This document shows positions 53,405 to 64,000 of a stretch of DNA of 64,000 nucleotides, in pieces. The translations under genes and the position numbers were made by a program. The DNA is from Octopus sinensis. Lineage: Eukaryota. Each line of letters starts with the position of its first letter. Position 1 is the first letter of the stretch. The notes below the pieces were generated by a model that was not told where the DNA came from, made no database searches, and saw only the letters and a list, made by a program, of their open reading frames with translations. The stretch is taken from NCBI RefSeq assembly GCF_006345805.1, contig NC_043000.1:116498001-116562000 (forward strand). Direction: 5' to 3'.

Positions 53405-54546
53405 TACTAGCATTATGACACGGCAACGCCGGGTCATAGTGCTAGTTTGGTATAAATTTGTTAAATTAAAAATTTGGGGTAATAAAACATACAATGACAT
53501 TAAAAAGAATTAAAATTCCAGAGAAAAATACATAGAAGGTAAATATACAAATTTACAAAAATACATAAAAGTTTCGGAGATGCACCAATTAATATGAAAC
53601 ATATCATATATTTAAAATTGACCCTCCTCTCGTCACGATGTTTTTTTACACACAACACATAGTACACGGAAACAAATGCATAATTACATTCCTGCTACAT
53701 GCGAAAGACCAGACATTACGTACTCTCAAAAATTCTCATAGATACTGAATGCTACTTTATAAGCATATAATTCAATCTAGCAGCTATAGTAAGTGGTATG
53801 CGCACAGATCCATCAGGACTAATTCACTTCTGCACTCAATTAAATTTTTCATCTTTTAATTTCTGCCATTCATGCAAAGCCACATAGTCGACTTCAAGTC
53901 CTTGATACATTTTATACTAATCGCTATTTTTTTCTTTTAATTGTTATATTACGATTTAATTACTATACTTTAGTTTTATTTTAATTACTAATCACTATAT
54001 TTAATTCAATTGTTATTATTACCTCTAACTTTTATTGCAATTTTTATTTCTAAATTTCTTATGGAACGTACAATATATGTTTATATGATGTTTATATATT
54101 TATATATTACTATATATTTCTAAACGTCGGATTTCATGTGTGTTCTGTAGATATAAATGAATATAGGTATGTGTTTGATCTTTCTGTGGATTTTGTAGTG
54201 CTCTTGTAGTTGCTGCTCGCATTGCCTCCCCTCGGATTAAAAAGTGTATACAGCTCATTTGAACACTACTATTCCAGTCTGTTATATATTTTGAGCGTTG
54301 TTGTCACTAACGATCTCAAGATATAACTTTATATTTTATAATATATATACAATAGAGAGATGTTTTTGTTTCACTTTTAACACGTAATACTGAAATAGTG
54401 GAGAATATATGATATTGCCGTGGGCTCATTTTTGCCCATGACACTACATGGATCCTAAGTAAGGCATGTGTAAAATTTGAACGAAATTGGTTGTGTAGTT
54501 CTCAAGTTTTAGGGAAACAAACAGACAGACAGACACACATTCTCAG

Positions 54547-54560
<14 letters not shown>
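53405..54560 (-). mobile_element. Non-autonomous Helitron (family H1, copy 2)
   Basis: 54353-54550 is the reverse complement of about 8680-8895, and 53800-54040 matches about 8930-9128 in reverse. Terminal hairpin and CTAG at 53404-53444; the 5' end merges into (TA)n. Confidence 0.75.
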
Positions 54561-54623
<63 letters not shown>

Positions 54624-54757
54624 GTAATTTACTATGAGAGATTGGTAGAGTACATCTTAAGATTTTCAAGAAAAAATTTGACTGAGACTTCAAGCTTCAT
54701 ATTACTACTCGCCATATAATAGCAACTCTATCTCTATCTCACACATACACACACAAC

Positions 54758-54803
<46 letters not shown>

Positions 54804-55347
54804 AACACTGTCTGTTTCTCTTTCACACACATACGCTAACACACACGTATACATTTAAACATGTACACATACAGATATACAGCGAGTGAACGAGAAATAG
54901 TTTTTTTGTGTTGCACAGTCAAAGCAGCGCGTAAATAAATAGATCAATAGGAAACAGATAGAATGACAGTTTTATCATTTGAGGGATTGATAACGTATAT
55001 TATACCAGCATGTGACGCCAGATGCATTAAGTTTTCCGGGAAATATTGCGAATGCGGCGAATTATGTGTAATTTAGAGCTGATCCTTTTATAAAATACAA
55101 TGATCCCTTGACTATTATGATTGATAAATTAAAGCTTTCCGAAAAAAGTAAAGGAAAAATTAAGTAATGCCCAGTAAGACAAGAAAAACAGAGAGAAAGG
55201 CACGTTTGCAAACATAATTAAACGAAGACAGCCGATCAAATAATTAATCATTTCAATGAATAAACATAACTAAATTATTTTTCAATATTTCCTGAGAATA
55301 CTATCTGAGTTGGCAGAATAAACTGAAATTCAATTAGGAGTGACGCT

Positions 55348-55986
55348 AAGGCGGCGAGGTGGCAGAATCGTTAGTACGCCGGGCGAAATGCCTAGCCGTA
55401 TTTCGTCTGCCGTTACGTTCTGAGTTCAAATTCCGCCGAGGACAGACAAACGGATTAAGTCGATTTCACCGACCCCAGTTCGTAACTGGTACTTATTTAG
55501 TCGACCACGAAAGCATGAAAGGCAAAGTCGACCACGGCGGAATTTGAACTCAGAAAACGCGGCAAACGAAATACCTATTTCTTTACTACCCACAAGGGGC
55601 TAAACACAGAGGGGACAAACAAGGACAGACAAACGGATTAAATCGATTACACCGACCCCAGTGTGTAACTGGTACTTAATTTATCAACCCCGAAAGGATG
55701 AAAGGCAAAGTCGACCTCGGTGGAATTTGAACTCAGAACATAACGGCAGACAAAATACCTATTTCTTTACTACCCACAAGGGGCTAAACACAGAGAGGAC
55801 AAACAAGGATAGGCAAACGGATTAAGTCGATTATATCGACCCCAGTGCGTAAATGGTACTTAATTTATCGACCCCGAAACGATGAAAGGCAAAGTCGACA
55901 TCGGCAGAATTTGAACTCAACCTAACGGCAGGCGAAATACCGCTAAGCATTTACCCCGACATGCTAACATTTCTGCCAGCCGCCTT
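55348..55986. mobile_element. SINE family B composite: plus-strand head fused to an inverted 3-unit array ending in a minus-strand head
   Basis: aaggcggcgagg at the left end, gccgcctt at the right end, orientation switch at about 55441. Confidence 0.9.
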
Positions 55987-56724
55987 TTTATGATTTCAAA
56001 TATTGCCTTTATGCCTTCCATGTTTGTCGTTCTTGTAGAATCAGTATTTTGTTATAGTCCCTTCTCTGGGTGTGAAGCATTCTCAGTCTAAGATTATAGT
56101 GTCGTGCCACCTTTATTCATTCGAAAATAATATGGTATCGATGTAAACGATTTCCAGTTGAAGTTTGTATTGCTGCAAGTTTTATTTACAACCAAGTCAA
56201 CATTAAATATCTTGGAATACGTATTTACGAAGAGGTTTAATTAAGAAGAAATCTGACTGCTATTACTAATACGTCAAACCACAACACAGATGTTGCTCCT
56301 TCGTTGACGCATTGAGTTTTCGAAATATGAATAGATGCGTGTGACCATATGATATTGCTATATATATGTGCAAATTATGGAACAAAATATAAAAATATAA
56401 AATATAAAAAGAAACTTGCTATAAAATTTATATACCATAAAACTAAAGAGCAGGTTCTAGAACATCCAATTGAAAAAGATATAGAATTGGTAATTTAATT
56501 TGTAATCTACCATTAATTATGAAATAAGGTTTATAAATTTAAACAAACCTTAGTAACAAGATCTGAGATCAGGTTTGATATCAACATTTCCTCCAAGACA
56601 ATTGTATCATGGAACACCTGCATTTTTAAATGCATGTATATTTATGTATATATCACCAAAGTTAATAGAAGAAATCATTATTTTTAATTGAATATGCCTT
56701 TACCGTTTATTCGAATATGTATAG

Positions 56725-56782
<58 letters not shown>

Positions 56783-57109
56783 AAATTTGTAGTGCAATAC
56801 ATGGATTCATAGTACCACAGTAAGTTATTCTATGAATCCTTCACAGTAACCTCATCTGGTTTATCCAGCTATCATACTATATAGTAATCCAATACGGAAG
56901 AGTATAAAGCAGAATTCTATGCAGCTAAAATCCAGGAGATCCGACCGTAATCCTAAGGATAACAAGTGATTAAATAAATATATTCACCTCTCATATCTCC
57001 TGACTTTATAGTTTATATATACAAGTACACCGTTTGAGCCAAATGGCTACGGACGTACATGTATTTTGTCTTCATTTTTTGTTCATAATTTGTCTATTCT
57101 TTACACAGA

Positions 57110-57121
57110 TACATGTTGGAG
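57110..57121 (+). CDS. Candidate 12-nt microexon (IHVG in phase 0)
   Basis: Long pyrimidine tract ...tttgtctattctttacacag|ATACATGTTGGA|gtaaga. Confidence 0.2.
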
Positions 57122-57192
57122 TAAGACTCAATATAAATCAAGTAAAATATTTCAATATTTGTTTCATTAAAGGTATAGGTATTGGTTCAATA

Positions 57193-57430
57193 AAGGCGGC
57201 AAGCTGGGAGAAACGTTAGTACGCCGGACAAAATGCTTAGCAGTATTTCGTCTACTGCTACGTTCTGAGTTCAAATTCCGCCGAGGTCGACTTTGCCTTT
57301 CATCCTTTCGGGGTCGATTAAATAAGTACCAGTTACGCACTGGGGTCGATATAGTCAACTTAAACCGTTTGTCTGTCCTTGTTTGTCCTCTCTGTGTTTA
57401 GCCCCTTGCGGGAAGTAAAGAAATAGGTAT
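57193..57430 (+). mobile_element. Full-length SINE family B
   Basis: aaggcggcaagctgggagaaacgttag...aagtaaagaaataggtat. Confidence 0.93.
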
Positions 57431-57960
57431 AGGTAAGGTACAGTGTTAATAATATATACGTTTTCGAAACAGTTTTTCGAAGTCCATTTCTCCACTGAGA
57501 AAGGTTATCCTATCACAACTCCGAGCCGACCAATACTCTGGCAGTGAAATTTTGAAGGTAGAAACTTCTAAAGTAGCTCGACAAAGACAAATATATTTAC
57601 ATGCATACACTCACACACACACATATACACTTACATATATATAATTACATGTAAAGTGAAGATGCATGAGGTTTGTAGCTCTCATGATCGTGAAGGTTAG
57701 TTTCGATTCTCAGACCGGCTGCGCGATGTGTTCATGAGTAAATTCATTTCACTTCGAATACAACCTGAGCTTAGTAATTAACAATGGATGAAATGAACTT
57801 TTTTCTTCTGACGATCTGGCATTCTAAGTGAATTATGTCATCATCACTGTAACGATTACTGTATGTCGCTAGTGAAACACATGTAAAGATTATATAATCT
57901 ATGATATATAACAAGGGGTATAGCAAAATTATATCCTGTTTCAGTTTGCGTACGCTCACA

Positions 57961-58003
<43 letters not shown>

Positions 58004-58536
58004 CACGAAAGAAATATCAGGCACAACATAGTATATTCAATATGTTATTATAGACCATCTATATTATAATTCATAGTTGGTAAGGGTGACTAGTGTACCA
58101 TGACTTTAGGTTTCATATCAACAAAGGCATTAGTTATTTTCCTTCCCGACGTTGCATTGCGCTCAGATCTAACTGGCGTTTGTAAGCTTTTAGAATCGCT
58201 ACCGGATACCGAACGAAAAAAAATGAACTGAAGAAATTAGCTGAAAATCCATTTGATAATTGCTTCTGTCGCCATGAAACTTGGAGTAATGGAATACGAG
58301 CCATCTTTATCTACTCTATATTAATAGAGCTCTCCCACTGACTCTTTCTCTATACCTGTTTCTCTCTCTCTCTTCACACTCATATCTATCTATCTATCTA
58401 CTATCCATATAGTGAGAAAGAGAGAGTGAGAGAGGTATGCATATATATATATATGTACATATACATATATGTGTGTGTATGTGCGTGTGCTTGTTCATCA
58501 CCCTACACACATACACACACACACGCATATATATAT

Positions 58537-58700
58537 ACCGCAGGTGTGGATGTGTGCTAAGTAGCATGCTTTCCAAATACATGGCTCCGGGTTCAGTCCC
58601 TCTGCGTGGAACCTTGGGCAAGTATCTTCTACTATAGCTTCGGACCGACCAAAGCCTTGTGAGTGGATTTGGTATACGGAAACTGAAAGAAGCACGTCAC
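58537..58700 (+). mobile_element. SINE family A, 5' half
   Basis: Family match ending in the TA microsatellite. Confidence 0.85.
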
Positions 58701-58710
58701 GTATATATAT

Positions 58711-58761
<51 letters not shown>

Positions 58762-58777
58762 TTAGTTATATGGTGGA

Positions 58778-59531
58778 GGTCATATTGCCAGTTTAGCCAA
58801 TAAAAAACACACGCACTATATATTTGGTGTTATTTTGCTTCAGTGATATTTATTTTTTATTTTTTACATTAATCTTAATCTTATTTCGGCCAAAGTTCTT
58901 TCGTCACACTCCTGTGACCGCATCAGTGGTCGTTTGTTTTCTTCTCACTTATTTGTGTCTCTCCTTACTAACCGTCAGCCATTTTGTATTTCTATTGTAT
59001 GTCTTCATTTGCGCATGCTTATATCTCTATGTGCGTCTATGTTTATTTAGTGTGTGTGTGTGGGGGGATGCCTGTAATATTTGTATCTTCTGTTTATATA
59101 CATTCTTGTAATTTGTATTTTGTTTTTGTTGTTGTTGCTTTTGTTCTAATTTTGTTCATGTGTTTACATCCACCCATTATTATCATTACATATGCTTGTA
59201 TGTATGTATAACAACAATATTAGTAATAATAATAATAAATCTAATCGAAAAAAAAAAATATATATATATATATAATATATATATATATATAATATATATA
59301 TATACACACATATATACACATATACATATATATATATACACATATACATACATAGACATATATACATATATATAGTTATTCATTTCTATTTCTTTAATTA
59401 TCTGTGTATTTATTATGTTTGCAGGATCCACTATCGTCATATGTTGTGGTGTGTGCTATTGCTCCATTCTAGTTTTCTATTCAGGCTAGGTTTATTTTCT
59501 ATTATTTATTGGCTAAACTGGCAATATGACC
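58778..59531. mobile_element. Segment bounded by perfect 27-bp inverted repeats, containing a degenerate hammerhead (58890-58929, minus)
   Basis: GGTCATATTGCCAGTTTAGCCAATAAA at 58778-58804 and its reverse complement at 59505-59531. Confidence 0.6.
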
Positions 59532-60407
59532 ATTCCGAAATATAACAATATCTGTTTCAACACACGACTTCACATAAAAAATCCTGCACAACAAATATTT
59601 AAACGTATATATATAATATATATATATATATACATGAGAGAGAAAGAGAGAGAGAGAGAGAGCGCGAGAGAGAGATTGGTGATAAGTCTGTGAGCATGTG
59701 TGTATACGTGTATAATTCATCAAACAAACTAATATATCTACAATATAATGCAGCGTAGAAATAACGACTATTAAATCTAAGACTAACTTCGACCAAACTA
59801 ATTAATACAAGGTAAGGTTAAATTATTTCCAGATTTAATTACGGAATATTTATTCACTTCAAACTGTCCTATGGTAACATTTAATGGTATCAGTAAATTC
59901 GTCCGCAAGATACCGCTGTCAACAGAAAGAAAGATCTTATGACTAACAACACGAAAATGCCTGAACTTTGAGAAGTTAAAGCAACACCTTAACTATTACT
60001 ACATAGTTGAGTCTCAGTTCTTTCAGCAAGCTACTTTACGAAACATAGATGTTTTTTTTTTTACAATACTATGTGGTTTTATTAGTACTGTTGTTTACAT
60101 CATAGCTGTAAAATGATATATAACGTTCTATATACTGTGATAATTTAATATATTTCCATTTATATCTAGACGTTTTTTAGAATATTTTGTTTTTTTCATA
60201 TGAGAATATTCTAAATAACATTTTAACCACTCACAACCAGAATAGCTGTATATATATATATATATATTTGAATAATTGTAGGAACATATTTTCGATTTGA
60301 ATTACTTTAATATTAAAGAAAATATTTTCGAAAACTTTTGTAATGTATAAAATGGAGTAAAAGAAACTCATAGAACTTCAGAGAGTAATGTAGAAAAATT
60401 AGAATGT

Positions 60408-60590
60408 TATGAGGGTGAGTCTGATATCCGGTTTAAGTTCCTAATGGTAAGATATCGTATTTCATATATGTGATGTTCATTCTCTGCTAACAAACAAATG
60501 ATTAAATCTTAGGATTTAGGGCCTTTGATATTTAACGCCAAGGCTAGTAGAACGTTGGGAACAGCTCGTGAATAATGAAAGAGGATATAT
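60408..60590 (+). mobile_element. Mariner remnant (TIR-like start plus transposase C-terminus)
   Basis: tatgagggtgagtc start and RLVERWEQLVNNERGYI. Confidence 0.45.
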
Positions 60591-60600
60591 TCTTTTCTAC

Positions 60601-60803
60601 TCTAAGCACAAAGCCTGAAATTTTGGGGTAGGGGGCCAGTCGATTCGATCGACCACAGTACGCAACTGGTTCCTAATTCATTAACATCGAAAGGATGAAA
60701 GACAAAGTCGATCTCGGCGGAATTTGAACTCAAAATGTAAAGGCAGACAAAATTCCGCTAAGCATTTCGCCCGGCGTGCTAACGATTCTGTCAGCTCGCC
60801 GCC
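60601..60803 (-). mobile_element. SINE family B (variant tail)
   Basis: Ends in tcagctcgccgcc. Confidence 0.88.
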
Positions 60804-61094
60804 ATATTTGGCAGAAAATATTAAACGATAAAATTTCCTAAAAGTTGGGTTGCTCCACTCAGGCGCAACCAAGGGACCCCACACATCATGACACCCCAAT
60901 TGCTAAAAGCACCCCAGATATTAATCCGTCTCCTCTTCACTCTTAAGTAGAAGAAATATAACACACATACACAGCAACACAGACATAGTTTCGGTGTGTG
61001 GGTGTGTATATGAGTATGTCTATATACATATACACATTCACACACATATATACACGTATGCATATTTACTTTGTGTGTGTGTGTGTATGCTAAG

Positions 61095-61262
61095 GATGAA
61101 AGGCAAAGTCAAATTCTGCCGAGGTCGACTTTGCCTTTCATCTTTTCGGTGTCGATAAAATAAGTACCAGTTATGCACTGGCGTCGATGTAATCGACTTA
61201 ATCCTTTTCTCTGTCCTTGTTTGTCCCTTCTGTATCTAGCCCCTTGTGGGTAGTAAAGAAAT
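61095..61262 (+). mobile_element. 5'-truncated SINE family B with a 16-bp inverted self-copy at the 5' junction
   Basis: gatgaaaggcaaagtc (61095-61110) pairs with gactttgcctttcatc (61127-61142). Confidence 0.85.
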
Positions 61263-61389
61263 ATTTATTATAGTGCGCAATAGCAAAGTTATTCTCCTGC
61301 CACCTGCCTGTGTTAAATTTTCAAATATCGAAAATAATTCTGATTATCAGTGAATTGCAATTTTTCCGACAGGCATTTTGCATAAAAAT

Positions 61390-61690
61390 GAAGGCACGTG
61401 GCCTAGTGGTTAGGACGTAGCACTATCGATCATTAGATCGTGGTTTCAATTCCTAGCCGGAGCAGCGCATTATGTGCTTGAGCAAAACTCTTCGTTTCTT
61501 GCTACTCCAGTAAACACAGTTGTAAATGGTTAAACTCTGCGACTGACAGGTCTTCCGCTCAGGAGTAATGTTAGCCTTCACCCCTAGCCAGCGACGAAGC
61601 ATCATTCGACAGCTTAAACGAAGCAAAGCTCATTGAGACCAGAGATTGATAATAACAACCGATAGTCTGATGAATCATATAATCACGTGA
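61390..61690 (+). mobile_element. SINE family C, diverged, with a tail homologous to the tail of SINE D copy 1372-1672
   Basis: ctagccagcg...cattgagaccag...tctgatg...tcacgtgat aligns to ttagccagcg...cattgtgaccag...tctgatg...tcacggtgat. Confidence 0.75.
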
Positions 61691-61995
61691 TGTTACATAA
61701 TATTCGTCTGTCTGTTTTCTGTCGTGCAATAGAAACTACGATACACGTGACTGAAAGACGTGAGAAAAAAATTCCTTCAAGTACCACTTGAGGAAAACAT
61801 TGTCAAGTGAAGCAAAAGAAGAACCCTCTTGTAAGTTTAATGAATGGTCATTTTCCTTTTGTAACAGCATTTCAATGTTATTTTGGCAAACAAAATGGAA
61901 GACATTCGCCTTGGGCATTCGAGGAATATTTCTGTTTTAAATTTGTGAAATAATTTCCACAAATTCTTAAACACATTAATAAATAGATGCATTAT

Positions 61996-62172
61996 GGCGG
62001 CGAGCTCGCAGAATCGTTAGCACGTTGGACGAAATGCTTAGCGTTATTTCGTCTGTCTTTACCTTCTGAGTTCAAATTCAGCCGAGGTCGACTTTGCCTT
62101 TCATCCTTTCGGGGTCGATAAATTAAGTACCAGTGAAACACTGGGGTTGATGTAATCGACTCATCCCCTACC
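61996..62172 (+). mobile_element. SINE family B (variant tail)
   Basis: ggcggcgagctcgcagaatcgttagc head. Confidence 0.9.
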
Positions 62173-62799
62173 CACATCTATTATTATTGAAAAAAAAAGT
62201 GGTTTAAGTCATCACGGTGACTGACCAGTCACATTTCAGTTGAGAATCCTTAAAATTTCCATTTAAATGAAAATTTTCATAGTCCTTAACTTTTAATCCG
62301 AAACCCACAAACACATTAATACACATTGCATATGCACATATCCATATCTGCGTGTGTATATTTGTGTGGGAGACTGACTGGCCTGTACGCATGCATGTGT
62401 GTGTATTTGTATGGCAACAGTTCTTGGAATCATTAATTCAAAAAGCACGATGCAGAACTTAGACTTTTAAGATATTTTTCATACTTGCTTTTTAGTTCTG
62501 TTTGTTTAGAGCTCTACAATAAACAGAAACATTTCTGAATCCATTAGTCCCATCAACTTTACTGATATTTCGTAATTATATTTACAATATATCATTGAGT
62601 TTAGTAAATTTACTTCTTTGGCTAAATTAATAGCCATATACAGAATTAATGGTTGTTTAAATGCAATTGCAACAAACATTCAGGTATTACACTACAGCAA
62701 CAAAAAATTTAATACTAAAATAATGTATTATAAAATGCACCATTTGACAAGATGATTTACGATAGAAGTGGTCATAACATTTCCTCCCTGTATACATAC

Positions 62800-62851
<52 letters not shown>

Positions 62852-62908
62852 CAGGTAGTGTAGAAAACAAACAGATGTATTAGTTTGATGCTCGGGAATT
62901 GAACAAGT

Positions 62909-62944
62909 CTTTTACGTTTCGAGCCTACGCTCTTCCACAGAAAG
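62909..62944 (-). ncRNA. Minimal type-I hammerhead-like ribozyme motif in a PLE-like fragment (62850-62978)
   Basis: cttt-CTGTGGA-a-gagc(gtag)gctc-GAAA-cg-TA-aaag: stems I and II fully paired, GUA cleavage triplet, one core deviation (A6 to U). Confidence 0.6.
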
Positions 62945-63027
62945 GAACACAGAGAGAAACAAGGAGACACGGATAGACATGTATATGTATATGTATATAT
63001 ATATATTTGTGTATGTATGTGTGTGTA

Positions 63028-63081
<54 letters not shown>

Positions 63082-63728
63082 CTAGCTGAGGTACCCGGTA
63101 TTACTGTTAATGTCTGTTTACAGCCATGAAACATTTTTCTTTAAGTTTCGACATTTTTCAAAAATTTAAAATCTATATTAATGGGTAGGACCAATTTGAC
63201 GGTAAAAGTGAGCAGAGTCTGGTAGCGAACCTGTCTCGTCGTCATTTTTGTGCATGTGTTTAGAATGGAGAAATTTTTGCTTTGTGGCAGATTTCGTCAA
63301 GTTGATGTCACGACGGCTAGTGCGCAAAATGCCTAAATTTTGCTTGAGAAATAAAATGCTCTTACTTAATCAAAACCTGAAGCGCTGTAGAATTAAAACA
63401 ACGAATTGAAATAAGTTTTAGCAAATTAAAACAATTCGCATTGAAATGAAAAATTAGCAAATGCTAAATTGATTACCGTTAATCAGCTGTCTGTTTATAC
63501 CGATGAAGCATTTATTGTCAAATTGATGTCACGATGGCTAGTGCGAAAAATGCCGAAATTTTACGATTTTTGAACAATCGATTTTTTTAAAAATACCAAG
63601 TGCATAAGTGTCCGCATGGACATAAGCCCCCCACACGTGTCAAGTTTCATCAACGTCTGTTGGATAGTCTCAGAGGAGTTAAAGTAACAAATTCACAAGC
63701 ACACACATTTGCCATTTATTATTATAGA
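63082..63728 (-). mobile_element. Non-autonomous Helitron (family H2)
   Basis: Minus strand A|TCTATAATAATAAA...ccgggtacctcagCTAG|T, inserted between A and T. Internal 46-bp direct repeat at about 63296 and 63517. Confidence 0.75.
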
Positions 63729-63775
63729 TATATAAACATATGTAAATACACACACACACATATGTATATATTTAT

Positions 63776-63852
<77 letters not shown>

Positions 63853-64000
63853 CATATTTATCTGTCGTATATTATTGAAGTTGAAAATTCTTCACCAGTT
63901 TCTTGGAGTGTCATTCGATCGCTCCTCAGACTGTCTTCCAGCTTCAATAAAATACTGTTTTACTCTAGATTTGTTATTCGAGTTCTGTACAGTCCCTCTT

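Noticed and set aside
56792-56828. pre-miRNA hairpin (ggattcatag/ctatgaatcc)
   Set aside because: Only a 10-bp stem; too short for a canonical precursor.
63860-64000. GIY-YIG endonuclease remnant on the minus strand (YFIEAGRQSEER)
   Set aside because: Too short, degenerate and cut by the window edge.

Overview
This is AT-rich, microsatellite-saturated eukaryotic non-coding DNA (intronic or intergenic). From my recollection of its SINE families it is very likely from an octopus (inference, not a database result). No intact protein-coding gene is visible, and nearly all ORFs in the supplied track are translated microsatellites or SINEs. The window contains: (1) dozens of copies of about four tRNA-derived SINE families (labelled A-D here), including head-to-tail arrays, inverted pairs and tail-swapped chimeras; (2) decayed LINE ends (R4/Dong-like restriction-endonuclease type, CR1-like, and an RTE-like end with three C2H2 fingers, present twice); (3) a degenerate 1.6-kb Tc1/mariner element, mariner-derived MITEs and several fold-back MITEs; (4) three non-autonomous Helitrons; (5) about nine minimal hammerhead-ribozyme-like motifs of the Penelope-like element (PLE) type, eight of them on the minus strand and most next to (TA)n tracts. 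The most striking object is a 432-bp near-perfect palindrome (25793-26224; 214-bp arms, 4-nt loop, 2 mismatches, no indels). It copies pre-existing SINE and microsatellite DNA and runs directly into a hammerhead-bearing fragment. Two other hammerhead fragments also lie inside inverted repeats, which suggests a snap-back-associated insertion process. A few isolated candidate exons and microexons are reported at low confidence. All alignments and motif searches were done by eye.
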